A program made the translations under genes and the position numbers. A stretch of DNA of 64,000 nt from an uncultured Clostridia bacterium (lineage in GTDB: Bacteria; Bacillota; Clostridia; TANB77; CAG-465). The DNA is taken from contig CAKOYF010000001.1 of assembly GCA_934130595.1 (NCBI GenBank), positions 68,290-132,289 on the forward strand, given 5' to 3'. The notes beneath the pieces were generated by a model that was not told where the DNA came from, made no database searches, and saw only the letters and a list, made by a program, of their open reading frames with translations. Positions 1-10,533 of this stretch are shown here, piece by piece. Every line of letters starts with the position of its first letter. Position 1 is the first letter of the stretch.

Positions 1-3000
1 GGATCGTCTGCTGGATGCTGAACAGGACAAAATTCATAAATTGTTCTTCCTTTAGGAACTACTATAATTCCTCCTGGATGTTGTCCAGTTGTCCTCTTTA
101 TTCCAGTACAACCAAGAGACAATCTATTTATTTCAGCCATAGGTTTACTAATGCCTCTTTCTTCAAAGTAGTTTTTAACAAAACCATATGCTGTTTTTTC
201 TGCAACTGTACCTATTGTTCCTGCTTTGTATGTTGTACCAGTACCAAAGATTACTTCTGTGTATTTATGTGCTTTTGCTTGATATTCACCTGAGAAGTTT
301 AAATCTATATCTGGTTCCTTATCTCCTTTAAATCCTAAGAATGTTTCAAACGGAATATCCATTCCATCTTTATCTAAATCTGCTCCACATTTTGGGCACT
401 TCTTATCTGGAAGGTCAAATCCATTAGCACATCCATTTTCTGAGAAGTCTGAATATTTACATACAGGACACCTATAGTGAGATTTTAACGAGTTAACTTC
501 TGTAATACCAGTCATATACGCAGCAAGTGATGATCCAACAGATCCTCTTGAACCAACTATATATCCATGATCGTTTGAATCCCAAACCAGTCTTTGTGCA
601 ATGATATACATAACCGAATATCCATTTGAAATAATTGAATTTAACTCTCTATCTAGTCTATCTTGTACTATATCTGGAAGTGGATCACCATATAATTTAT
701 GCGCTTTTTCCATTGCTATATTTCTTATATCTTGTTCACATCCATCTATATGTGGTGGACATTTCTCGTCTGAAATTGGGCTTATTCTATTACACCAACT
801 TGCAACTAGATTTGTATTTTCTACAACAACTTCATATGCTTTTTCTGGAGTCAAATAATCAAATTCTTTTAACATTTCTTCTGTTGTTCTAAAATACAAA
901 GGAGCTTGCATATCTGCATCATCAAAACCTTGACCAGCTTGAATTATTCTTCTATATATTTCATCTTCTGGATTCATAAAGTGAACATCACAAGTTGCTA
1001 CTACTGGTTTATTTAATTTATCTCCTAAATCAACTATATCTTTATTTATATCTATAAGTTGTTGATGTGTAAGCTTAATATACTCTGGCTCTTCATCTTT
1101 TGGTCTTTTTCCTTCTTTTTTTATTTTCTTTCCTATTCTTTCATAAAACGCATTATTACCTAATGGTTGTATTTCAAGATAATCATAAAAGTTAGCTATT
1201 TGTTCTATTTGACTTCCATCATTTCTACCAACTTTATAGTCTAAAATTTCTTGATATAATTCACCTTGTTCACATGCAGAACCTATTATTAGTCCTTCTC
1301 TATATCTTTTTAGCATTGAACGTGAAATTTTAGGCTTCTTATGGAAATTCCAAACATGTGAATATGAAACTAATTTATATAAATTTTTTAATCCAACATA
1401 GTTTTTAGCAAGTATAATTATATGATTTGCAGGTAAATTCTTAGATCTATCTGATATATTAGTAAACACATAGTTATTTATTTCTATTTTTTCTTTATCA
1501 CAATCCTGTTTCATTCTAATAAACATTTTTGCTGTTGCTCTTGTATCATTTATAGCTCTATGTGCTCCTTCAAGTGGTATTCCTAAATACTCAACTAAAG
1601 TACCAAGTTTATGGTTTTCTACCCCATTATATAGTTCTAGTGACATTTCATATGTATCTATTACTTGTGGCTTAAATTCTAGTCCTAATTTTTTAGCTTT
1701 GTTTTCAATAAAACTAACATCAAAGTGTGCATTATGTGCAACTAAGATACAACCTTTACAAAATTCTAAGAATTCTGGTATCATTTCACTCATTTTAGGT
1801 GCATCTGCAACCATCTCATCTGTAATATGAGTTAATTCTTGTACATTAAATGGTATAGGTTTTTCTGGGTTTACAAATGTTGTATACTCATCTATTATTT
1901 CACCATTTTTTACTTTACAAACTGCTACTTCTGTTATTCCATCAGTATCTGGATTAAATCCTGTAGTTTCCAAGTCAAATACGCAATATGTATCTAATTC
2001 AGGAATTTCTGGTTCTACATCTCTTACCAAATATCCCTCTACACCATAAATTATTTTTATTGGTGCAGCATCAAGTATATCTTGTGTAGTAATTTTTCCC
2101 TCTTTTTGTACTAAATTTGCATAGTTATCTACAATAACATGGTTAGCTTCTGGGAAAGATTGAACAACACCGTGATCTGTTATAGCAATTGCTGGTTGTC
2201 CCCATTTTATAGCTTGCTTAACTAAATCTGTTACTGATGTAACAGCATCCATTGCACTCATTTGAGTGTGAAGATGCAATTCAACTCTTTTATGCTCTGA
2301 ATTATCCATTCTTTCAGGTGGTTTTTCACCTTTACAAATGTTATTTACCATTATAGTTAGTTCATTCGAATATGCATCTATTTGTGGTCTTCCTTGAACT
2401 AATATATATGTATCTTTTTTTAATTTTCCGTCTACTTCTTCATATTTTTGCTTGTCCAAAAACATTTTACAAGATACTGTACTAGTTTTATCTGTAACAT
2501 CAATTGTTAATAATATTTTTCCACTTCTTAGTTCACGTTCTTCTTTATTTATTAACTGTCCATTAATACATACTCTATCTGATCCTGCAACTACCTCTTC
2601 AATTTTAGTTATTACTGGATTTTGAATATTTACTCCATAATATACGTTTTCTGGTTGAGGCTCTTTTGCCATTTCTCTTTCTTTCTTCTCTTCTTCTGTA
2701 AGAGGAGCTCTTGGAACAAACTTTGGCTTCTCCTTATTTGGAGTAGTAACATTATTAGTAGCACCACTTTGATCATGATTTTCTGTTTTAAATGCCTCAG
2801 CTAAATCCTCAAGTTTAACCATTTTTGCCTCAGAAGTATATGAATTTTTTGCACTTTCATCTATATCTTTAAACAATACTTTATATCCAGATCCAAATTG
2901 CTTATCTATACTATTTTTCATATATTCATCTAATCTTTTTATGTATAAAAAATTTGAATAAGGCTTTTCAAGCTCAATTTTTAATATTTTTTCATCATTG

Positions 3001-3332
3001 TCTATATTTATTTTACAATTTTCAAAAAGATCTTGAGTATAACTGTATTTCTTATTTATACAAGTAAGGATATCATACACATTTTGAATGTTTATATCTT
3101 TTGGTTTTCCTGTGTACTCATAATTTATTTTAAAACTAGATAATTCATATTGATTTCTAGCTAATCTTTCAAATTCTTCTATATCCGATTGAGGAATATT
3201 TTCTTGGCTATATGAATCTAGTATTACAGCGTTTAATTTTTTTGAAAATTTTATTTCTTTTACGTTAGCTATATTAAATAAATTTTCTTCTCTTACGCAA
3301 TTTTTAAATACATCTTTAACTATTTTATCCAA
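1..3332 (-). CDS. polC: DNA polymerase III PolC-type, N-terminal ~1100 aa. Partial: the C-terminus lies beyond the window start.
   Basis: Reading frame open on the minus strand from a TTG start at 3332 (RBS GGAGGAG, 7 nt upstream) to the window edge. Translation shows a PHP-domain region (HLHTQMSAMDAV..ITDHG) and a DnaQ-like exonuclease region (ILVAHNAHFDVSFI). The gene is absent from the ORF track because no stop codon falls inside the window. Confidence 0.8.
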   Translation of the reverse strand, partial: MDKIVKDVFKNCVREENLFNIANVKEIKFSKKLNAVILDSYSQENIPQSDIEEFERLARNQYELSSFKINYEYTGKPKDINIQNVYDILTCINKKYSYTQDLFENCKINIDNDEKILKIELEKPYSNFLYIKRLDEYMKNSIDKQFGSGYKVLFKDIDESAKNSYTSEAKMVKLEDLAEAFKTENHDQSGATNNVTTPNKEKPKFVPRAPLTEEEKKEREMAKEPQPENVYYGVNIQNPVITKIEEVVAGSDRVCINGQLINKEERELRSGKILLTIDVTDKTSTVSCKMFLDKQKYEEVDGKLKKDTYILVQGRPQIDAYSNELTIMVNNICKGEKPPERMDNSEHKRVELHLHTQMSAMDAVTSVTDLVKQAIKWGQPAIAITDHGVVQSFPEANHVIVDNYANLVQKEGKITTQDILDAAPIKIIYGVEGYLVRDVEPEIPELDTYCVFDLETTGFNPDTDGITEVAVCKVKNGEIIDEYTTFVNPEKPIPFNVQELTHITDEMVADAPKMSEMIPEFLEFCKGCILVAHNAHFDVSFIENKAKKLGLEFKPQVIDTYEMSLELYNGVENHKLGTLVEYLGIPLEGAHRAINDTRATAKMFIRMKQDCDKEKIEINNYVFTNISDRSKNLPANHIIILAKNYVGLKNLYKLVSYSHVWNFHKKPKISRSMLKRYREGLIIGSACEQGELYQEILDYKVGRNDGSQIEQIANFYDYLEIQPLGNNAFYERIGKKIKKEGKRPKDEEPEYIKLTHQQLIDINKDIVDLGDKLNKPVVATCDVHFMNPEDEIYRRIIQAGQGFDDADMQAPLYFRTTEEMLKEFDYLTPEKAYEVVVENTNLVASWCNRISPISDEKCPPHIDGCEQDIRNIAMEKAHKLYGDPLPDIVQDRLDRELNSIISNGYSVMYIIAQRLVWDSNDHGYIVGSRGSVGSSLAAYMTGITEVNSLKSHYRCPVCKYSDFSENGCANGFDLPDKKCPKCGADLDKDGMDIPFETFLGFKGDKEPDIDLNFSGEYQAKAHKYTEVIFGTGTTYKAGTIGTVAEKTAYGFVKNYFEERGISKPMAEINRLSLGCTGIKRTTGQHPGGIIVVPKGRTIYEFCPVQHPADD

Positions 3333-3439
3333 AAAAATTCTCCTCCTTCCTTTTTTCCTATCCCATTATACTATTTTTTTTCGATTTTGTAAACGAAAAA
3401 GAAGATTTCAAATGTGAAATCTTCTTTTTTTTATGTTAT

Positions 3440-3967
3440 CTAAAATAATTGATTTAAATATTCATCTGTAAAACAATCTAGCAATAGTTCAAAGTTTTTT
3501 TTCTTTAATTTTTCAAAATCATTTGCTATTGCACTTTTTTCATTTTCGTTAAACAAATACGTACAATTATTTATAATTACTCTACCAATTGAGTTATTAT
3601 AATACTCTGCTGTTGAAAATTCTTCTTCTATAACATAGCTTGGTGAACTTTCATTAAAATATTTTTTTATATTTACCGAATTATAATTTTCAACTGTTTG
3701 TTCTTTATCATTCATCCATTTTCTGTTTTTTCTAGATAGATTATATTCTTCTCTTACATCTTCTGAAACTTTTAGATTTTTATAATTTTTAGGTATATCC
3801 TTTAAATTATACACATAATCTAAAATACTTGTTTCATAATATATAGAATATAGTCTTAATTTATAGAATTTTAGATAGCTATTTATTAGTACAGATAATG
3901 CCATTTCATAATCTTTCAAATGCTTATGTGTACTAGTTGTAGTAACTACAATAAAGTATGATGTCAA
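3440..3967 (-). CDS. Hypothetical protein, 175 aa, TTG start.
   Basis: ORF track. No recognisable motifs. Confidence 0.35.
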   Translation of the reverse strand: MTSYFIVVTTTSTHKHLKDYEMALSVLINSYLKFYKLRLYSIYYETSILDYVYNLKDIPKNYKNLKVSEDVREEYNLSRKNRKWMNDKEQTVENYNSVNIKKYFNESSPSYVIEEEFSTAEYYNNSIGRVIINNCTYLFNENEKSAIANDFEKLKKKNFELLLDCFTDEYLNQLF

Positions 3968-4364
3968 TATTATCTCATGGTTATCTTTAGTATAGCAATT
4001 ATACTTATATCCTTTAGGCGTATTAACATCTATACCAACTTTGCTATATTTTAATAATGTTTCTTTAATGTCATATAAAGTTTTTTTGTTTTTTCTATAT
4101 CCGTAGCTGTATTAACTTTCTTTCAGCATCTAGCATTTTAGCTTTTGGATCATCTCCAATAGAATACTCAATTTTTAGTAGTTCTCCTGTAAAAAAATCT
4201 TTTTTTAGATTACTTCTTTTTAATTCACTCATAATCTAATCCTCCTTTTTAATATTAATTTTTATCTAAAGTAGTATATTTTAAATGTTTAAATATTATA
4301 CAAGACAAACCTCTTGATGTCAAGTGTTATGTAATCTATTTTCTTATTAGCTTATTTAACGACA

Positions 4365-4400
4365 AAAAAAGTTACCCAAATACAATGTAACTTTGGATAA
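4365..4400 (-). terminator. Weak intrinsic terminator downstream of mbl.
   Basis: Minus-strand hairpin AGTTAC-loop-GTAACT followed by a run of seven T. Confidence 0.35.
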
Positions 4401-4409
4401 CTTTTAAAC

Positions 4410-5429
4410 TTAATTTTTTCTAAATTTTATTGCATTACCTGATTCAAATAGTTCAACATGTTCTAATGCTTTACCTGTTCCTATTGCTACACAAGATTGT
4501 GCATCTTCAGCAATCATTACTGGTATTCCAGTTTTTTCAGCTATTAACTTGTCTAATCCCCAAACAAGTCCGCCTCCACCTGTTATATATATACCTCTTT
4601 CAGATACATCTGCAACTAATTCTGGTGGAGTCTCTTCTAAAACAGAATGAACACCCTCTAATATTTTTTCGGCACACTCAGATAAAGCATTATATACTTC
4701 ATCTGATGTTACTTCAATCTCAACTGGAAGTCCTGTTGTAATGTCTCTTCCTTTTACTAACATTCTCTCAGGCACTGATTTTGGATACATACATCCTATA
4801 TTTATTTTTATTTCTTCAGCTGTTCTTTCGCCAATTATTATATTTCTATTCCTCTTTATGTATTTTATTATTGCTTCATCAAATTTATCTCCAGCCATTT
4901 TAATAGAAGTACTTCTTACAGATCCTCCTAAAGATATTACCGCAATATCTGAAGTTCCTCCTCCTATATCTACAATCATGCTACCATATGGTTTAGTTAT
5001 ATCAATTCCTGCTCCAATTGCTGCAGCGATTGGTTCTTCTATTAAATATACTTTTCTTGCACCAGCATGAGTAGCCGCATCAATTACTGCTTTTCTTTCA
5101 ACTTCTGTTACTCGTGAAGGTACACATATCATGATTTTAGGAGAAAAAATAAATCTTCCACAAACTTTATTTATAAAATACTTAAGCATCTTTTCTGTTA
5201 TAGTATAATCAGATATAACACCATCTTTTAAAGGTCTAAGCGCAACAATATTACCTGGAGTTCTTCCAAGCATTTTTCTTGCCTCTTGTCCTACTGCTAA
5301 AACCTGATTTGTATTTTTATCTATTGCTACAACAGATGGTTCTCTTAATACAATTCCCTTACCTTTTACATATACAAGTATAGTTGCTGTTCCTAAATCT
5401 ATTCCTATATCTTGTCCGCCAAAAATCAC
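4410..5429 (-). CDS. mbl: Rod-shape-determining protein MreB/Mbl.
   Basis: DIGIDLGTA, actin-fold ATPase motifs (IGGGTSD, GGG). Start trimmed to GTG at 5429 (MIFGGQDIGIDLG) with an AGAGGGGA RBS; the ORF-track start at 5483 is an upstream TTG. Directly downstream of spoIIID, as in Bacilli and Clostridia. Confidence 0.85.
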   Translation of the reverse strand: MIFGGQDIGIDLGTATILVYVKGKGIVLREPSVVAIDKNTNQVLAVGQEARKMLGRTPGNIVALRPLKDGVISDYTITEKMLKYFINKVCGRFIFSPKIMICVPSRVTEVERKAVIDAATHAGARKVYLIEEPIAAAIGAGIDITKPYGSMIVDIGGGTSDIAVISLGGSVRSTSIKMAGDKFDEAIIKYIKRNRNIIIGERTAEEIKINIGCMYPKSVPERMLVKGRDITTGLPVEIEVTSDEVYNALSECAEKILEGVHSVLEETPPELVADVSERGIYITGGGGLVWGLDKLIAEKTGIPVMIAEDAQSCVAIGTGKALEHVELFESGNAIKFRKN

Positions 5430-5503
5430 TATACATTCCCCTCTTTCTGTTACAATTATATTACATTTAGGAACCTTTTGCAACCTTAAATCACAAGTTT
5501 ATA

Positions 5504-5752
5504 CTAACTTATCTTACTATATTTCATTTTTGTAGCCATTCCACCTCTTAAATGTCTTTCAGATTTGTTTATTTCTAATACCTTTCTTGCTTGTTCTGCT
5601 AGTGAAGGATTGAACTTTTTTAATCTTTCTGCTACATCTTTGTGTACAGTAGATTTTGAAATATCAAAAGCTTTTGCAGTTGCTCTTACAGTTGCATTAT
5701 TTTCTATTATATAATTTGCAAACAATTTTGCTCTATCCTCAATATCATTCAT
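5504..5752 (-). CDS. spoIIID: Stage III sporulation protein D (mother-cell transcription factor).
   Basis: Near full-length match to the SpoIIID pattern (..KSTVHKDVAERL.. HLRGG.ATK.KY). Start set at MNDIEDRAK. Confidence 0.85.
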   Translation of the reverse strand: MNDIEDRAKLFANYIIENNATVRATAKAFDISKSTVHKDVAERLKKFNPSLAEQARKVLEINKSERHLRGGMATKMKYSKIS

Positions 5753-5762
5753 AACTTTCCTC

Positions 5763-6587
5763 CTACTCATATAAATATGTTGGATTAATACTTTTTTCAT
5801 TTAGAAATAACATAAAATGTAAATGAGCATCATCTAAATATTCCCCTACTGATGTATTTCCTACCTTACCTATTTTCTGTCCTTTTACTACACTTTCTCC
5901 AACATTTACATTCACATTATTATCCAAGTTTGAATATTGACTTTTATATCCTTTTATATGCTCTATAACTATAGTTTTTCCATAAAAAGAATCATCATAT
6001 ATTTCTTGAACTACTCCTTTTTCTATTGCTTTTACATCTGTACTTTTTTTAGCTGATACATCTAGTCCATCATGTGTTTTCCATTGTGAAAGTGTTTTAG
6101 AATAAATAACTTTATCATTTGAATACATTTTTTGAATTTCTCCGTCTAAAGGTTTTCCAAATACTAATTTTTCTTCTACTTTTTTAGTAACCACTTTCTC
6201 AGTAGCTTTTGTCGCAAGAACAAGTTCTTCTTTATTACTAGTATCACTAGCATTATCTATTGAAGATGAAGTTGCCACACTGCTTGAATCTTTAGGATTT
6301 ATATCACTGCCATATTTTTTTATTCCATCTGTTAAGTCAAGACTTGCTGAAAGCATAAGCAGCAGCACCATAGAAGTTAAAACTTTTATTCCTTGTTTTG
6401 ATATTTTTTTCTCTTTTACTTTTTCCTCTGTAACACTTACGGCTCCTCTTCTAGTTTTTGCCTCTTTACTTTCTTCTACATTAGAATTTTCAAATTTTAT
6501 TACTTTTCCTTTTTCCTTTTTCTCTATACGTTTAAGTCCAAATTTACTCAATACCTTGTCTAAAACATTTTCAATTTTAATTTTCAT
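5763..6587 (-). CDS. spoIIQ: Bitopic M23/LytM-domain protein, SpoIIQ-like.
   Basis: N-terminal cytoplasmic segment plus a TM helix, then a C-terminal LytM domain with H..D and HLHF motifs. Lies between spoIID and spoIIID, as in Clostridia. Confidence 0.6.
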   Translation of the reverse strand: MKIKIENVLDKVLSKFGLKRIEKKEKGKVIKFENSNVEESKEAKTRRGAVSVTEEKVKEKKISKQGIKVLTSMVLLLMLSASLDLTDGIKKYGSDINPKDSSSVATSSSIDNASDTSNKEELVLATKATEKVVTKKVEEKLVFGKPLDGEIQKMYSNDKVIYSKTLSQWKTHDGLDVSAKKSTDVKAIEKGVVQEIYDDSFYGKTIVIEHIKGYKSQYSNLDNNVNVNVGESVVKGQKIGKVGNTSVGEYLDDAHLHFMLFLNEKSINPTYLYE

Positions 6588-6608
6588 ACATTCCCCTCTT
6601 TTCTTTTG

Positions 6609-7613
6609 TTAATTATTAATATTTGTTATCTCTACATCTGTATAGTAATGGTGTATTATCTCTTTATAATCTTTACCAGACTTAGCATCTTTATTTGCTC
6701 CAACTTGACTCATTCCAACACCATGCCCAAAGCCTAAAACGTGAAATTCAATATTTTCATTATTGACACTTAATGTAAAATTTGTTGAATTAATTCCAAA
6801 AAGTGTTCTTAAAGATTCAGCTTTTACATTGTAGTTTCCAATTGAAACATTCTTAACTCTTCCACTTTCTGTATATTCACTTATATGTATATTAAGGAAT
6901 TCTTCTTTGCTTAAATCATGTACATATCCTTTATCTATAAGTGTATTTTTAAAAGTTTCATAGCTTATTACATTAGTACTTTCTCGTCTTTCATAGTCTT
7001 CATCTTCTTCGTTTTCAACAGCTTTTAAGTACGGAACGTCTTCTTGCCCCCATATTGCACTTGCATTTTCTGTTCTTACTGGACTACTTGCATGAAATAA
7101 TGCATTAATAATCTCATTATTATATGTAATAATTTCTCCATCACTCTCAACTATAGCCTTTTTTATTTTTTCTTCTCCTTCAATAATTTCTTCTTGAGTA
7201 AAACCTTTTTTCTTCCATATTTCTTCTAAGTTTTCAATATCATTAAAAGCTTGACAATGTGCAAAACTATCACATACATCTCCATTTTCCTCATGATTGT
7301 TTTTCATCTTGTTAAACAAATATGTTCTAGCTACTACTGCTTGTGCCTTCAAAGCTTCATATTCGTATTTAAAAGGCATTTCGGAGGCTACAACACATAG
7401 TAAGTAGTAATTTAGATCTACGTTCTCTATTTGACCTTTTTGGCTTCTATAAAGACCAATTGTATTTCCAGACTCAAATTGTATTTTTTCCTCTTCAACC
7501 TTTTCTTGATTTTTTTCATCTTTCTTATTTATAGCTAGTACAATTATTACAATCACTAAAAAAGCAGCAAGTGCGTAAAAAAAAGCAAGTCTTTTCTTCA
7601 AGATAAATATCAC
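6609..7613 (-). CDS. spoIID: Stage II sporulation protein D (SpoIID/LytB-domain lytic transglycosylase).
   Basis: N-terminal TM helix. Conserved SpoIID-domain stretches (VVASEMP..KAQAVVARTY, HASSPVRTENASAIWG). Confidence 0.7.
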   Translation of the reverse strand: MIFILKKRLAFFYALAAFLVIVIIVLAINKKDEKNQEKVEEEKIQFESGNTIGLYRSQKGQIENVDLNYYLLCVVASEMPFKYEYEALKAQAVVARTYLFNKMKNNHEENGDVCDSFAHCQAFNDIENLEEIWKKKGFTQEEIIEGEEKIKKAIVESDGEIITYNNEIINALFHASSPVRTENASAIWGQEDVPYLKAVENEEDEDYERRESTNVISYETFKNTLIDKGYVHDLSKEEFLNIHISEYTESGRVKNVSIGNYNVKAESLRTLFGINSTNFTLSVNNENIEFHVLGFGHGVGMSQVGANKDAKSGKDYKEIIHHYYTDVEITNINN

Positions 7614-7757
7614 CCTAATATATATCTATTCACGACTTGCTAAGTTATTATTATTTTATGTTCAAACGACAAAAAAATATAAATCTATATATTATCTAAA
7701 TTATTTCGAAAAAAAACACACCAAAAAGTAATATTACTTTCTAGTGTGTTATTATTT

Positions 7758-10532
7758 TTATTGTATATCGTCGGCAGCTCTTGCATCAATATCATAAAGT
7801 ATAACTGTTCCTTTTACAAAATCATATAATTGTTGTGAATCAATTATCCATATTCCTTTTTCAAGTTGTATTCTTAAACTTGAATCTTTATTTACTTCTT
7901 GACCAGGATTTGAAAATCCTAAATATCCTTCATAATCCCACTGTGTTGTATTTACTGCTGAGCTTGCTGATTTATTAAGTGTATTGTATGATATTGTTTC
8001 ATTTAGTTTTGAATCATAACATGTAATCTCAAATTTTACACCAATATATCCATCTGTTAATGCATTTTGAATACTATCACCATTTTTTACAGCTATTGTA
8101 GTATTTGGTAGTTTAAATTCTCCAAACCATGTTTGAATGTAACCAGTATCATCTAGTGCCATCATATTATCTTTTAAGTAAAATTCACCTGAACTATTAC
8201 CAATATTTAAAGATTCTAATTTTTTAGATAAATATGATGTATTTGAAGCATATAGATCATTAGTATATCTACTTCCGTCATCTGGAGTAAAATATATATT
8301 ATATCCGCTTCCAACAAACTTTTTATATTTATCTGTTTCATCTTTATAATATAATGTTATATCTTTAATAACCTGAGAACCATCCTTAGATAAATAGTAA
8401 TACGTTGGTTTTATCTTTATTTTTCTAGCTTCTACACCACTATTACTTGGCATATAATATCCACTTGTTTTTACATCAAAGGAAAATCTATATCCAAGTT
8501 TTGGAGCATTTATATATCCTGCTGTAGTATGTTTATATGGACCTAATGGTAATGTTCTAGTTGAAGTTGTTCCGTTTATTTTTAAATTATTTCTATCTAC
8601 TAATGCTGTATATTCTTTATTTGCATTTGTATATATGTACATTCTTCTAATTCCAGAATAATATCCAGAGTTCTTATCTAAAACATTGGTATCTGATTGT
8701 CTAAATGCACTCTTATATGCTAAATCTGAGCAATCTGATATTTTAAAATCATATATTTTAGATGCTGTTCTTACTGCTATTGTTTTCATTGCAAAATAGT
8801 ATCCATCACCATACATCTTCACTCCTCTTGTGTAGTTTGAGTCTGTATGTGATTCAGAAAACTCAATATCGTTTGAAAAATTAGCAGTATTATCTCCACT
8901 ATCTGTTATATATTTTCTTGATGTAGCATCTTGTGTTTTATCCATCTGAATAGCTACTTCTTGATCTACCACATTATATAGCAATTCATCTGATGGCATA
9001 TTAGAAGCAGAAGCAAGTATTACTATTTTATGATTAGAAGAATCTCTAGATAATGTTTCATTAGGTGCTACTTGTCCTCTAAAATATGTATATCCATCAT
9101 TATATTTTGCTTGGTTAGTCATTCTTATTGCTGTACCTTTAGTATATGTTTTTCCATTATGTACAACATCAAAATCAAAAATCAAATAATAGTAGTTAAC
9201 AAATGCAGCTTTTTGATTTGCAGTTATATTATTGTAATATGTAAAATCTAAATCTCCACAGCTAAGCTTTATTTCAAAGTTTGCATCATCTGCAAGTATT
9301 ACAGTTGATGAATTTACAACAGAATGATCAATTGTTGAGTTACTTGTAGTTGTAATTTGTGGATCATTTAATTTTACAGGAGTATATACATTTATATAAT
9401 GTTCATTAGTTGATTCATATTCTCTTGTTCCACCATATTCACCATTTAAAACATTATATTCTTGATATATAACATTTCCTTTAGCACTTCTTAATCCATT
9501 TAATACATTTGATTGTATTATAATGTTTGCTAAGAAGTCATCTGCTCCTGCATCATCCCCATCTGTTTTATCTATATCATTTTTTCCAGGGATAACTGTA
9601 GTCTTTTTATCATTATAATTGCTAACTAATCCATTTAATATATCTGTTATACTATCTTTATTATTTATAAATATTGGAGATGTGCTTCCAATTCCTGTTA
9701 TAGCTGCTGCAGGATCAGTATTATCTACCAATTTTCCTGTTATTTCTATTTGACCATTAGTACCTTTATGTACTGATTCAGAAGATTTTAAGTATGCTTC
9801 ATTAAGTCTATACACTACAAAGTTACTAACTTTATAGCTTACCTTACCGTCTTCCATAACCTTTTCGTATGATAAATCTTTTATAACATATTTAGGTGTT
9901 TTAAAATATGGTTTTAAAGATCCACCAGCTGGTATATATGTAACATTAGATTGTAATCCTGCATCGTTTCCATTCCAAACGTTAGTATTACTATATAGCT
10001 TTGGAGATATGTTGTCTACAACATCTTCATTATAATAAAAATCTATTATTGTTACATCATTATTGTTAGACTGTATTGTTGTATATTGAGCATTTGCTTG
10101 ACTATTATTATATTCAACATCTAATTGTGATGTACCCGCTCTTACTGATGCTTTTTTTTGCTCCATTACTGAATATGCATCATCTAAGCTTGGCATAGTA
10201 CATATGTTATATCCCAAATAACTATATTTTTTACCATCAACTTGCATAACAAGTGTTTTAGTAATTTCCATAGTTGCTGAGACTGAATAATTATAATATT
10301 CACTATATGATATTTCAGCATCATCTGATGTAGAATTATTTAATAGTGTACTTTTTCCAGAAGACTCTTTTACTTCTTGAGTATTATTTTGCAATCCATT
10401 TATTATTTCACCATTTGCCTTATTTATATGTCTTACAAAAACTTCTCTACCATTTTCATATGCGTATATTTTAGGTGCTAATATAATGTTAAAAGCAATA
10501 AGCAAGAAGATTAATATTACTTTTTTATTCAT
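7758..10532 (-). CDS. Large secreted protein, 924 aa, Sec signal peptide, no LPXTG. Last gene of the pilus-like operon; candidate tip adhesin or secreted cargo.
   Basis: ATG with an AAGGAGGA RBS. Signal peptide MNKKVILIFLLIAFNIILAPKIYA. Translationally coupled to the upstream gene (stop at 10534). Confidence 0.5.
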   Translation of the reverse strand: MNKKVILIFLLIAFNIILAPKIYAYENGREVFVRHINKANGEIINGLQNNTQEVKESSGKSTLLNNSTSDDAEISYSEYYNYSVSATMEITKTLVMQVDGKKYSYLGYNICTMPSLDDAYSVMEQKKASVRAGTSQLDVEYNNSQANAQYTTIQSNNNDVTIIDFYYNEDVVDNISPKLYSNTNVWNGNDAGLQSNVTYIPAGGSLKPYFKTPKYVIKDLSYEKVMEDGKVSYKVSNFVVYRLNEAYLKSSESVHKGTNGQIEITGKLVDNTDPAAAITGIGSTSPIFINNKDSITDILNGLVSNYNDKKTTVIPGKNDIDKTDGDDAGADDFLANIIIQSNVLNGLRSAKGNVIYQEYNVLNGEYGGTREYESTNEHYINVYTPVKLNDPQITTTSNSTIDHSVVNSSTVILADDANFEIKLSCGDLDFTYYNNITANQKAAFVNYYYLIFDFDVVHNGKTYTKGTAIRMTNQAKYNDGYTYFRGQVAPNETLSRDSSNHKIVILASASNMPSDELLYNVVDQEVAIQMDKTQDATSRKYITDSGDNTANFSNDIEFSESHTDSNYTRGVKMYGDGYYFAMKTIAVRTASKIYDFKISDCSDLAYKSAFRQSDTNVLDKNSGYYSGIRRMYIYTNANKEYTALVDRNNLKINGTTSTRTLPLGPYKHTTAGYINAPKLGYRFSFDVKTSGYYMPSNSGVEARKIKIKPTYYYLSKDGSQVIKDITLYYKDETDKYKKFVGSGYNIYFTPDDGSRYTNDLYASNTSYLSKKLESLNIGNSSGEFYLKDNMMALDDTGYIQTWFGEFKLPNTTIAVKNGDSIQNALTDGYIGVKFEITCYDSKLNETISYNTLNKSASSAVNTTQWDYEGYLGFSNPGQEVNKDSSLRIQLEKGIWIIDSQQLYDFVKGTVILYDIDARAADDIQ

Positions 10533-10533
10533 A

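Noticed and set aside
15-3300. Plus-strand ORFs in the track (15..293, 601..858, 635..892, 2622..2804).
   Set aside because: They lie antisense within the long polC reading frame on the minus strand. They are AT-rich low-complexity translations with no RBS support.
4430-5070. Plus-strand ORFs 4430..4741 and 4741..5070.
   Set aside because: Antisense to mbl. Leucine- and isoleucine-rich artefacts of AT-rich DNA.
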